From a virus (Duplodnaviria; Heunggongvirae; Uroviricota; Caudoviricetes): a stretch of DNA of 64,000 nt. Location: the IMG/VR virus record IMGVR_UViG_3300029705_000015; one strand, given 5' to 3'. The notes under the pieces are model-generated. The model saw only the letters and a program-made list of their open reading frames with translations. It did no database searches and was not told where the DNA came from. This document shows positions 1 to 9,434 of this stretch, one piece after another. The position numbers and the translations under genes were made by a program. Position 1 is the stretch's first letter; each line of letters starts with the position of its first letter.

Positions 1-3
1 TCC

Positions 4-2481
4 GTGATGGATTCCGATGGATTCTATACTGATTACACTTGGTACAAGCACACTGACGGAACTCATGTGTTTGTATTTGGTGACAGTGATATTTATAAGC
101 CTGAAGATGGTTACTTTGATCACACCTGTGACAGTGAGTCAGAAGCAGCTGAGTGGTTTGCAAGTTATAGAGGCTTCGATGAGGACATTCTTGAAGACAC
201 AGAATCTGATGTTACTCATCTTAAACTTAGCGGAAATATGATTGAGATTCCTATTGAGGACAACTCAGAAGTTGGTGAGCTTGGTCATCCAATTCAGCAA
301 GGAATCGGTGATCCAAGACGTAAGAAAGAAGTTGTTTCAGAAGCCACTGCAACTTTGGAAAGACCTCTTTCAAATCTTAGCGGTACATTATCAAGTGTAC
401 TTCTAGCTCATAAAGATGAAGTTGATACTTTATTTGATAGAGCTGATGCAATTGAGTTCCTTGACCGAATTCTTCCTGAAGTGAAGAGTAAAGCTTATGT
501 AATGAGAGTTAAGCAAGACATCTTAAAGAGTCGTCGCAGTCCTGTTGAATATTTTTATAACATTATTCTGAAGGGCGATGGTGACGGAACCGACAAGGGC
601 GGCGCTGTTACAAAGAAGGCTCAAGTTCGTAAGTGGGCAAGAGAGAATTTGAATGAAGCAATGTGGGAGAAGGGTGATTCTATAACACTCTGGTGGAAAG
701 ATCCAAGTTGGGATAAGAATACTCCTTGTTATGCTTCTTGCACATATGTAGGTAGAACTCGTGACGGCAAGTACAAGTTTGAATCTGATACTTATGGTTG
801 GATGTATCTACTTGATTTAGAAAATAAGAAAATTACTACACCTCGTGGAAAGGTGTTCGATGTTTGGAACGACAGCGGTTGGCTACATGAAAATGTAGAA
901 ACAGTTGTCAAATATCCTAACGGTATGCCTGTCACAGATGTTGATCTTGAGCGTGCATTAGATTACATGTACGGAACAGATCGTGATCCTGAGTGGACTT
1001 ATACTGATGCGGAAATGCAGAAAGCTGTTTACTACTGGATGGATAAGACTGATCCTCGTCCTGATGGGAAGTCTTACATGAATGAAAATTACAGAATTCA
1101 GTTCTACCAGATTTTCAAAAATCCTGAAAAGCCAACTGACAACGGCAAGATGATTGCTCAAGCAGGAACCGAAGAGGAAGCAAAAGCAAAGGGTGATAAG
1201 TTAGTTGGTAAAGGTAACTACTTACTTAAAGCTGTTTGTGATGATGGCAAAGTTCGTGATGTAGATCTTTACAGCTACTTTAATGAATCGATGTTAGATG
1301 AAGATGTTGATGATTGGTCACTATCTGTGTATGACGATGATATATTGTTAAAAGACAATCTCTGGAGTGTATCAGATGCGCTAGAGTTTATTCATGTAAA
1401 CGGTGGTAACATTATCAAAGTAGATGCTCCTGATGCAGAGTCTCGAATCATCTGGAAAGATGGAAAGTCAGTTGGTACTGGTTTCATTGGTATGGACTAC
1501 GATGCGGATATGAATACAATCTATGCAGCTGATGGTGAGGACGTCCCTACTCATGAGCCTGCCAAGACATTCGATGTTCATAAGTGGCTCTATGGTGAAG
1601 AGCTTGATGATACTTTAACTGAGTCAAGATCCATCAGAGCTGGTGATAGAGTGCAGATGGATTACTACATGAAGTTGAATAACGGTGCCATTGGAACATG
1701 CACAGGAAGAATCGGTGAGCTCTGTTATATCACCTGGGATGATGGCACAAAATCAAAGGAAATTACAAGTTATTTGAAACTTATTGAAAATGAGAGCCCC
1801 ATTAACGAGTGGTATGAATTTAGTGACGACGATGTTGAAGATGATCTGATGCACGCCGCTGTTTATGGTGGTGACAGCAAATATTGCAGAGTTTGTGGTT
1901 CAGTAAAAGAATACGATGAAGATGGATTTGCTTTCTGTCCTGAATGTGAGAAAGATACGCTTGATGAGGCTCTTGCTATAGGAGACAAAGTACAGATAAG
2001 CACACCAGGTAATGCTGCTTATGATGGACGACAAGGTGTAGTAGATTACGTTGGTGATGTTATAACAGTTCTATTTTCTGATGGTGTATCTCCTAAGATG
2101 AATAACTTTGATCCTCATCAAGTAAAGAAGTTGAATGAATTATTATCAAATAAAAATACTGAGCTTGATGAAGCATCTTACGGCGGAGCATTTGATATTA
2201 GAGATGATCAATATTTCATGAGAGATGATCTTGTTGACTGTGCTGAAAAGGTTGTTGATCATCTTAACGAAACATTCGATGATACATTTGAGATTGTCGA
2301 TCTTGCAATGGAAGGTAATGTTCTTGTTCTTGGAGTTGAGGGCAAGAAACTTGGAAACTATGAGGATCGTTGCACAATTGATATGAGAAAGATTCGTGTT
2401 CCTTCTGATTTAACTAACAAGTATTCTCTTGATATTGCTTCAAGATTGATTGCACAGATTAAATCTTGCAACGACATGTGA
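4..2481 (+). CDS. Large acidic multi-module protein (two SH3/KOW-like modules, one Zn ribbon), probably 5'-truncated; candidate capsid-internal polyprotein
   Basis: 825-aa ORF open to the window edge. GDRVQ..G....ITWDDG and GDKVQI..GVV...VLFSDG barrels; CRVC..CPEC; recurring LNE/LDE/LTE linkers. Confidence 0.6.
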   Translation: MMDSDGFYTDYTWYKHTDGTHVFVFGDSDIYKPEDGYFDHTCDSESEAAEWFASYRGFDEDILEDTESDVTHLKLSGNMIEIPIEDNSEVGELGHPIQQGIGDPRRKKEVVSEATATLERPLSNLSGTLSSVLLAHKDEVDTLFDRADAIEFLDRILPEVKSKAYVMRVKQDILKSRRSPVEYFYNIILKGDGDGTDKGGAVTKKAQVRKWARENLNEAMWEKGDSITLWWKDPSWDKNTPCYASCTYVGRTRDGKYKFESDTYGWMYLLDLENKKITTPRGKVFDVWNDSGWLHENVETVVKYPNGMPVTDVDLERALDYMYGTDRDPEWTYTDAEMQKAVYYWMDKTDPRPDGKSYMNENYRIQFYQIFKNPEKPTDNGKMIAQAGTEEEAKAKGDKLVGKGNYLLKAVCDDGKVRDVDLYSYFNESMLDEDVDDWSLSVYDDDILLKDNLWSVSDALEFIHVNGGNIIKVDAPDAESRIIWKDGKSVGTGFIGMDYDADMNTIYAADGEDVPTHEPAKTFDVHKWLYGEELDDTLTESRSIRAGDRVQMDYYMKLNNGAIGTCTGRIGELCYITWDDGTKSKEITSYLKLIENESPINEWYEFSDDDVEDDLMHAAVYGGDSKYCRVCGSVKEYDEDGFAFCPECEKDTLDEALAIGDKVQISTPGNAAYDGRQGVVDYVGDVITVLFSDGVSPKMNNFDPHQVKKLNELLSNKNTELDEASYGGAFDIRDDQYFMRDDLVDCAEKVVDHLNETFDDTFEIVDLAMEGNVLVLGVEGKKLGNYEDRCTIDMRKIRVPSDLTNKYSLDIASRLIAQIKSCNDM

Positions 2482-2491
2482 GGTGCTTAAG

Positions 2492-3154
2492 ATGGCCGAC
2501 TATGTAGATGTTTCAACACTTGAAGTTAAAGAAAATAGATATCATGATCTAGATATGTTCTATGACAACAAGCGCATGTTTGCTGACAGAGAGAAGGACA
2601 GTGCTGAACTCCTTGATTTTCTCGATCAGTTAAACAATGCAGGAGTTGATTACGAGGAGTACAAGCATAAAACCGATCCAGGATGTACAATTTTCTATGA
2701 CGACAATAAATCATTAACAGAGGCAAGAGACTTTAACAAAGTCCAGAAAAGAATTGCTCGTGTTGGTGAATTTGATAATGGTTATGTAATGCATTCTGAT
2801 TGGAAAGTAATGTCCATTGAGGATTCAGAAGAACAGGCCAGGATGAGGTCGTTAGAGAATCCCGATGATGTTTTCTATGTACAGTACGATGACATCATGA
2901 ATCCAAGTTCAGATATCAAGTGGAAAGCTGGTAAGCAACTTCAGGAGCAAGAACATGATAAGCCTCTTTTTATCATAAAAGATTCAAAAGGTAATCAGTT
3001 ATCCGCACCGAATCCTGATGACGAAGAGCTATGGGATAGAGTAGCATCAATGGAGGCAAGAGGAAGACGCGGTCTATGTGTTGTTGCATATACTGGCAAA
3101 AAACTTTCTGAAGATACTGAATTTGATGATGATGTAAGTTCCATATCATATTGA
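2492..3154 (+). CDS. Hypothetical acidic multi-module protein
   Basis: GAGGTG SD at 2480-2485 favours ATG 2492 over TTG 2450. Linkers SLTE, QLQE, KLSE. Confidence 0.6.
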   Translation: MADYVDVSTLEVKENRYHDLDMFYDNKRMFADREKDSAELLDFLDQLNNAGVDYEEYKHKTDPGCTIFYDDNKSLTEARDFNKVQKRIARVGEFDNGYVMHSDWKVMSIEDSEEQARMRSLENPDDVFYVQYDDIMNPSSDIKWKAGKQLQEQEHDKPLFIIKDSKGNQLSAPNPDDEELWDRVASMEARGRRGLCVVAYTGKKLSEDTEFDDDVSSISY

Positions 3155-3168
3155 AAGTATAGAGTTGT

Positions 3169-3201
3169 AAGAGCCGAGCTGTTGTTGTAAGCTCGGCTCT
3201 T
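3169..3201 (+). terminator. Hairpin, likely intrinsic terminator
   Basis: 12-bp arms AAGAGCCGAGCT/AGCTCGGCTCTT just after the stop at 3154. Confidence 0.7.
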
Positions 3202-3251
3202 CTTGTATATATTTATAACAGTATATCATACTCAGGAGGTCAAGATATAGA

Positions 3252-5588
3252 ATGTACGGAAATGTATATCAAGGAATTACTTGGATAATTCCGTTTGCTG
3301 AACAAGTTAATTATCCTCTGAGTAGTGGTAGTGACTTTGGGCCAAGAGCTCAGTTTGCAACATCAGATGGGCAATATTCCACAACTAATCATAGAGGACT
3401 TGATCTCAATCCAAAGAGCAATCTCATTGTTGATGCAGACAATGTTGAAGTTCTAGCAACAAGAGCGGGAACAGTCACAAGTGTTGGAGGAAATGCAACT
3501 TATGGTGCAGGATACTATGTTTACATAGATCATGGAGATGGCTATAAGTCACATTACTTTCATCTAAAACAGAATTCAATAGTTGTTAAAGTTGGTGATG
3601 AAGTTGCTCAAGGGCAGAAGATTGCTATAAGGGGTACAACTGGATCGTCAACTGGAAGGCATCTTCACTTTGGTGTTACTAAAACTGGAGATATTCCTTC
3701 GGGTTTGAATACAATCAGTTATAATGGCTCCGTCTATGTCGATCCCGAACCGTTGATCCTTGGTTCTGGATCAAGTAATGAAGTTTCTATAGTGTCTGCT
3801 CCTACTGTTGTTGAAGATATGGATGATCCTCATGATGGTGTTGATTTCACAGGCTTAACATATTCAAGTGAAAACAGACCACATTTCTGTTTACAATCGG
3901 ATAGTACTTGTTATGTTGGTACAACAACTTTGGATTCTATCAAAGGTATTGTTGTGCATACTACAAACACATTTGATGACACAGTAAGAAGGTTCATACA
4001 GCCATCAGACAGTGCAACTAACAAAGATGATATGTTATTGTTGATAGGAACTAACTCTAACAAAAATGACTGGAACCATTGTGCAAGTTCTGAATGTTTT
4101 CATGCAGTTATCGGTAAACTGGCTGATGATACAGTATCTACAGTTCAAGCCCTTCCGTGGAATTATCGTGCTTGGGGATGCGGAACTGGTACTGCCGGAA
4201 CTCTTAATGACGGATGGATCCAAATTTTACTTTGTGAAGACAGTTTACATGATAAAGATTACTTCGAAGCTGTTTACTCAGAGTTGTGTGATCTAGTTGC
4301 GTATCTTTGTAGATTATTCAAACTTGATGTAAGAGGCTCTGCAAGTTGTGGCAACGTTAGTACAAGCGTACTGCTTACTCACAATGAGGCATATAGAGCT
4401 AAACTAGCTTCTTCAGCTCAAGATACTGTTAACTGGTTTTCAAAATTCAATGAATCAACGATTTCTCTGAAAAATAATGTTGCTCATATACTTAGTGGAA
4501 ATAGTGTAACAAACATTCCTGTTGATTCTCTTGTTAAGATCAAAGAGGGAGCTGTTGCTAGAAATGGTTCTGATGTTCAAAATTGGATGAGAACAAAGAA
4601 GTGGATTGTTGAAGAGTCGGCAGAGAATGAAATTTATTGCTTACTTGGTGCTTGTGAAGATCCAGCTGCTCCAAGACTTGATCTATATTTCTTAAAGTCT
4701 GATCTTGAAATAACTACCGCAACAGAAGATACAACAAATCAAACTCCTGTAGTTGAAGACTCAGATGCAGCTAAGATCTGGAACATGTTGTATGCTGATA
4801 TTCAGAACAAGTATGGTGTTGCTGGATTGATGGGTAACTTATATCATGAGTCTGGTTTACGATCAAACAATATGGAAAATTCATATGCCTCTAAAGTAAC
4901 AGGTAAAACTGGAAATGAAGCAGATGAGATCTATACTAAGTGGGTTGATGATGGAACGTATACAGAGTTTGACTGGGACAAGGTTGGATACGGATTAGCT
5001 CAATGGACATACTCAAATAAAGCAAGAACCTCAAGCAGGAAGAAAAACTTGCGAGAATACATCAAAGGAAAATCCGGAAATCTGTCAATTAGTGACAGAG
5101 ATGCGCAAGTTGAGTTCTTGATAAAAGAGTTGAAAGAAAGTTACAGATCTTGTTACAATGTTTTAACATCTGCAACTAATGTTCAAGAAGCTTCTGATAA
5201 AATCTTAACTGATTTTGAAAATCCTGCAGATCAAAGTGATTCAGTTAAGCGGAACAGGGCAAGCAAAGGACAAGAGTATCTGGATAGTTATCAGACCGTT
5301 TGTTCTCATCAGAATACACAAGGTGTGCCTACAACAAAACTTGTTGATGCTGTTCCTGCAACATGTACAACAAACGGATATTCTGGTGACACCATCTGTA
5401 CTCAGTGTAACAAAGTTTTACAGTATGGTAAGGTTTTAACAAAAACTTCTCATGATCTGGATTGGAGAGGAATTTGTAATACTTGTGGTTTCATTGACGA
5501 CTCTTATGTATTTGAAGAATTGGTATCGAGAAATGATTTATATGCAATTCGTAAAGTGCTCAAATCAATGCTTGATAGAAATAGTTGA
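3252..5588 (+). CDS. Multi-domain peptidoglycan hydrolase: M23 peptidase + amidase_2 + phage tail-lysozyme domain + Cys/His module
   Basis: HRGLD..YFHL..HLHF (M23); IVVHTT..FHAVI..AWGCG..THNE (amidase); AGLMGNLYHESG..GYGLAQWT (tail lysozyme); AGGAGG SD. Confidence 0.85.
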   Translation: MYGNVYQGITWIIPFAEQVNYPLSSGSDFGPRAQFATSDGQYSTTNHRGLDLNPKSNLIVDADNVEVLATRAGTVTSVGGNATYGAGYYVYIDHGDGYKSHYFHLKQNSIVVKVGDEVAQGQKIAIRGTTGSSTGRHLHFGVTKTGDIPSGLNTISYNGSVYVDPEPLILGSGSSNEVSIVSAPTVVEDMDDPHDGVDFTGLTYSSENRPHFCLQSDSTCYVGTTTLDSIKGIVVHTTNTFDDTVRRFIQPSDSATNKDDMLLLIGTNSNKNDWNHCASSECFHAVIGKLADDTVSTVQALPWNYRAWGCGTGTAGTLNDGWIQILLCEDSLHDKDYFEAVYSELCDLVAYLCRLFKLDVRGSASCGNVSTSVLLTHNEAYRAKLASSAQDTVNWFSKFNESTISLKNNVAHILSGNSVTNIPVDSLVKIKEGAVARNGSDVQNWMRTKKWIVEESAENEIYCLLGACEDPAAPRLDLYFLKSDLEITTATEDTTNQTPVVEDSDAAKIWNMLYADIQNKYGVAGLMGNLYHESGLRSNNMENSYASKVTGKTGNEADEIYTKWVDDGTYTEFDWDKVGYGLAQWTYSNKARTSSRKKNLREYIKGKSGNLSISDRDAQVEFLIKELKESYRSCYNVLTSATNVQEASDKILTDFENPADQSDSVKRNRASKGQEYLDSYQTVCSHQNTQGVPTTKLVDAVPATCTTNGYSGDTICTQCNKVLQYGKVLTKTSHDLDWRGICNTCGFIDDSYVFEELVSRNDLYAIRKVLKSMLDRNS

Positions 5589-5599
5589 AAGGAACTTAC

Positions 5600-7459
5600 A
5601 TGAGTTCTATAACTTATGATTTTATTGTTGGTGATGTTGTTCAGATAACTGGCAAATCATCATATGATGGATCTGCTCTTGATTCGAGAAAAATTGGCAA
5701 CAATATGAACTGGATCATAACAGCTGTGGATCATAAACTAAGTATGGCTGTACTTGGAAAATATAGAGCATTCGGGTTACCGTATGCACACAATCCTGCT
5801 CTAGTTGTACATATGAAAGATCTTAAAATGGTTCAAGACGCTTGTAGACATAGTGAAACAAGAGTTCTTGAAGCAATTCCACCATCCTGTTGTAATTCTG
5901 GAAAGACACAAGGATTGCAATGTGCTCTTTGTGGAGAAATACTTTCTGAACAACTATTAGTTGATCCACTCGGACATCAGTTTGAAAGTGATTATGATGC
6001 CGGTAAAAGAACTTGTATGCTGTGCAAAGTGGAAGAATACATTCCAAAAAAGAATGTTGAGTTAACAAAGAAAGATCTGGAATCACTAATATCAATAATT
6101 GATAACATGCTTGAGGATGGAAACGCAGAAGATAAGGGTGTTGAATTAACATTACCTGATGCTAGTTTTTCATATGTTAATTCTTCTTATGGTCATGCGA
6201 CAGCTGAATACATATCAAAAGATCTTAACGGCTTCTTTAGAAAAGCAACATCTGATACAACGCATAAGTTGCCATTGATTGTTTGGTTTCATGACATAGC
6301 TGCAATAGGAATGACTAAAGATCAATTTAACAAGGACACCGTTTCAAAATCTATTGTAAGTGGTAAAAGTGGATTCAAAGCTCACCTTTTTGCTCCTCAA
6401 CTTCCTCAAGGAAGCTGGATGGAGTATAAAACACAGTTCTTCAACACCATTGAATATCTCATCAATACTTACAGCATTGATACCCGTAAAATTGTTTTAA
6501 TGGGAGCAGGATTGGGTGGATCCGCAGTTCAGTTTTTCGCTTATCAGCGTCCTGAATATTTTTCTGCATTTGTAGTAATTGATGGACACACTGCATATGT
6601 AGATCTAGATTCGTTAAGTGATCGTTCTGGAGACTTCTATCTATATTCAACAGGAACAGTTTCACATATGAATCAGTTGAGTGACAGACTTAATGATGCA
6701 GTTGAAGTCGTTGATTCAGTTAATACAGCTGTTACTTATGCATTTTCAAATGTTGGAACTTTGTTAAGTAAAAATGCACCAAGTTCTGAGGAGCCCGAAT
6801 GCCCGTTTGAAGTTATGGTTCTTTCAAACAAAGTTTTGTTGAAATCTGATTCCACCACTGATTCAGAGCCAGTTGAGAATCAAGCCGCACTAAGAGGTCA
6901 TAAGTTAAAAATTGTTAAGACACAAGAGAGTCAGAACTACTTATGGGGAAGACTTGATTCGAGCATCTGGGAACCGTTGGAAACTGAGGGAAATGTGACA
7001 AGTTCAGCGGCGTGTTGGATACCTCTTGAAAATACAAATTACTTTAACAACGAAATCATAGACGATAGTGAGATGATTGTTCCTTGTTGTTATAACAGTT
7101 TTGGAAAAACTTTTGCAATCTATCGCTCTAATGGTGCGGAATATCAACACACCGGAATTGATTTACAAGCCCCTAGAGGTACCCCTGTATATGCGGTCGC
7201 TAGTGGTTACGTTAGTGAGATATCTTCCACATTATTGGATGGTAACAAGCTAACAATTGAACACGACGATGGTATGACTTCTATCTATAGCCACATAAAT
7301 TCCATATCTGAGTTCTTTGTTGGTAAAAGAATTCAACTTGGAGAGATGGTTGGTAAAATAGGAGATACTGTTGTTGAAGAAGATCCACATCTACATTTTG
7401 AAATAAAAGATTCCAGTGGAATATTTGTAAATCCAAAAGAATACATCGAGTTTATCTGA
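5600..7459 (+). CDS. SH3-like + Cys/His module + alpha/beta-hydrolase-like + SH3b-like + C-terminal M23 peptidase
   Basis: PLIVWFH..APQ..IDTRKIVLMGAGLGG; HTGIDL..YSHI..PHLHFE. ATG 5600 follows GAAAGGA. Confidence 0.75.
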   Translation: MSSITYDFIVGDVVQITGKSSYDGSALDSRKIGNNMNWIITAVDHKLSMAVLGKYRAFGLPYAHNPALVVHMKDLKMVQDACRHSETRVLEAIPPSCCNSGKTQGLQCALCGEILSEQLLVDPLGHQFESDYDAGKRTCMLCKVEEYIPKKNVELTKKDLESLISIIDNMLEDGNAEDKGVELTLPDASFSYVNSSYGHATAEYISKDLNGFFRKATSDTTHKLPLIVWFHDIAAIGMTKDQFNKDTVSKSIVSGKSGFKAHLFAPQLPQGSWMEYKTQFFNTIEYLINTYSIDTRKIVLMGAGLGGSAVQFFAYQRPEYFSAFVVIDGHTAYVDLDSLSDRSGDFYLYSTGTVSHMNQLSDRLNDAVEVVDSVNTAVTYAFSNVGTLLSKNAPSSEEPECPFEVMVLSNKVLLKSDSTTDSEPVENQAALRGHKLKIVKTQESQNYLWGRLDSSIWEPLETEGNVTSSAACWIPLENTNYFNNEIIDDSEMIVPCCYNSFGKTFAIYRSNGAEYQHTGIDLQAPRGTPVYAVASGYVSEISSTLLDGNKLTIEHDDGMTSIYSHINSISEFFVGKRIQLGEMVGKIGDTVVEEDPHLHFEIKDSSGIFVNPKEYIEFI

Positions 7460-7465
7460 AATATA

Positions 7466-7476
7466 CTGTATATAAT
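7466..7476 (+). promoter_or_regulatory. Copy of recurrent TGTATATAA promoter-like motif
   Basis: CTGTATATAAT in the intergenic gap upstream of 7510. Confidence 0.55.
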
Positions 7477-7509
7477 ACATATCATTCTTTATGAGAAAGG
7501 TAATATTAT

Positions 7510-8118
7510 ATGGCAGAATTCTGTAAGGACTGTTTCAAGAAGTTGGAACCTTCAATAGAAGAACAGCTGCTTGTTATGAGTCAAGATGAGGAATTGTGTG
7601 AGGGTTGTGGTGAAACAAAACAGATTGTTGTTGAAGTTAAGATTCCAGAGCCTACAATGACTGTTGCAGAATGTCAAGTTGAAACTCAGAAACATATTGA
7701 AATGGTTCGTAAGTATATTCGATTCATGATTGACAAGATTGAAACACGTGGTGTAAAACATGATGCTTCAAAACTTGAATCTCCTGAAGTTGAATTATTC
7801 ACACAATATACTCCGAAATTATCTTCTACTACTTACGGTAGTGAAGAATATCAAAGTTATCTTGAAGGCTTAAAGCCTGCATTAGATCATCATTACGCAA
7901 GTAACAGACACCATCCCGAGCACTTTGTTAACGGTGTCAATGATATGACTCTAGTTGATATCATTGAAATGTTCTGTGACTGGAAAGCAAGTACACACAG
8001 AATGAATGATGGTAATTTGTTAAAGAGTATTGATGTCAATGCAGAAAGATTCAAGATTGACAAACAGTTAAAACAAATATTTGTAAACACTGCTCGTATG
8101 ATTGACGAGCATGAATAA
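7510..8118 (+). CDS. DUF5662-like HD-superfamily protein with N-terminal Cys4 Zn finger
   Basis: CKDC..CEGC; HI..V, HDASK, HHY..NRHHPEH, EMFCDW. Confidence 0.7.
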   Translation: MAEFCKDCFKKLEPSIEEQLLVMSQDEELCEGCGETKQIVVEVKIPEPTMTVAECQVETQKHIEMVRKYIRFMIDKIETRGVKHDASKLESPEVELFTQYTPKLSSTTYGSEEYQSYLEGLKPALDHHYASNRHHPEHFVNGVNDMTLVDIIEMFCDWKASTHRMNDGNLLKSIDVNAERFKIDKQLKQIFVNTARMIDEHE

Positions 8119-8140
8119 AATGTAAAGGACGGAAGTTAAA

Positions 8141-8449
8141 ATGAACTGGGATGTAGTATTAACTATCGCAGCAAGCTTGTGTACCCTGATTGCCGCATTT
8201 ATCGGCTATTATCTGTACATCAAGAGAGAGATTGAGTCTCGTGTTCCTGATGCCATTAACGGCGCTGAAGATACAGGAATGGCTGGAGCCGAGAAGTTCG
8301 AGGAAGCTGTTGCAACAATTTATGCTCTGATTCCTGCTGTTGTTAAGCCATTCATTACAAGAACTCTTGTTGAAGAGCTTGTTCAGAGTGTGTTTGACAA
8401 GATGGAAGATTATGCAAAGAAACAGCTTGATAAGAAAGCAGCTGAGTAA
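8141..8449 (+). CDS. Putative holin (LL-H-like)
   Basis: Single N-terminal TM helix, AE....GAEK motif, basic C-terminus, next to the lysins. Confidence 0.6.
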   Translation: MNWDVVLTIAASLCTLIAAFIGYYLYIKREIESRVPDAINGAEDTGMAGAEKFEEAVATIYALIPAVVKPFITRTLVEELVQSVFDKMEDYAKKQLDKKAAE

Positions 8450-8463
8450 TCTAGTTAAAGTAT

Positions 8464-8500
8464 AAATGATTGCACACAATCTTGTGTGCAATCATTTTTT
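8464..8500 (+). terminator. Intrinsic terminator
   Basis: AAATGATTGCACACAA/TTGTGTGCAATCATTT followed by a T-tract. Confidence 0.85.
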
Positions 8501-8504
8501 GTTA

Positions 8505-8533
8505 TTGACTTTCGTGTATATATATTATATAAT
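8505..8533 (+). promoter_or_regulatory. Sigma-A/70-type promoter with an overlapping TGTATATA motif
   Basis: TTGACT (8505-8510), 17-nt spacer, TATAAT (8528-8533). Confidence 0.7.
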
Positions 8534-8562
8534 TATGTAAACTACTACAAGGAAATACTGAA

Positions 8563-9390
8563 ATGAAAGTACAAAAACTATCAGAGTCCTTTAACATTAG
8601 AAAGATTGACTCAACAGAGTTGAATGAGGAACTCTTGCTTGAAGATCCACACATAGATAGATCGAGAATGGATAGAGCGAAAGCAAAACAAGATAGAGAA
8701 AAACAAAAAGCTGAAAAGAAAGCTCAGAAAGCTCTTGAGAAAGATTTTGCTAACGCAACAAAACGAGCAAAATTTTACATAGATAATAACTACAGTAAAC
8801 CATATTCTCAAGCAGAGTGGCGTGCATTGATTGATAAGATGCAAAAGAAATTTGATGACGAGGATGATCGTATTGCTCAGATGGAACAGCCAGCTGATAT
8901 GAATGATGCCTCTCATCCAACTAATAAAGCAAGAGCTAAGAACGATGCGGCTAGAAAGAAATTTGATGCTCAAATCTACAATGCCATTGTTGTTGCCGAA
9001 GAAGGACATTACATTCGTAGAGGCGGTGAATATCTTGAGCGTCAGTTAATTCCTTTCAGCCCTGGACACAACGATAAAATTACTACTGGTTACTTCATGG
9101 AGCCTTATAAGTACAAAGGAAGCTCTAGTGGCAGCTCAAAAACAAAGAGCAGTGGTACTAAATCGTCCGGCACAAGAACAAGATCAGGTAAGATGACGGA
9201 AACAAGTTTCAAGAAGTTCCAGAGACTTGGTAAGCTCACGGGTATGCAGTTATTCGATGCAGAAAATAAACCTGTTGAACTTGATGCTGCTACTTTGGAT
9301 GCACTTCCTACATATACAATTCAAGTTGGCTCAGTTAAGATGGATGCAGCTTCTTGGCTATCAGATGCAAGAAAAGCTGGTATCATATAA
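8563..9390 (+). CDS. Hypothetical basic protein with LxE-rich leader
   Basis: MKVQKLSE..ELNEELLLE leader; K/R-rich body; Ser/Gly/Lys linker. Confidence 0.6.
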   Translation: MKVQKLSESFNIRKIDSTELNEELLLEDPHIDRSRMDRAKAKQDREKQKAEKKAQKALEKDFANATKRAKFYIDNNYSKPYSQAEWRALIDKMQKKFDDEDDRIAQMEQPADMNDASHPTNKARAKNDAARKKFDAQIYNAIVVAEEGHYIRRGGEYLERQLIPFSPGHNDKITTGYFMEPYKYKGSSSGSSKTKSSGTKSSGTRTRSGKMTETSFKKFQRLGKLTGMQLFDAENKPVELDAATLDALPTYTIQVGSVKMDAASWLSDARKAGII

Positions 9391-9434
9391 ATAATTTTCA
9401 GTATTTCTATAAATAATATATTGAGGGATTTACA

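Noticed and set aside
9120-9190. SSGTK-like repeats
   Set aside because: Low-complexity protein linker with divergent codons, not a DNA repeat
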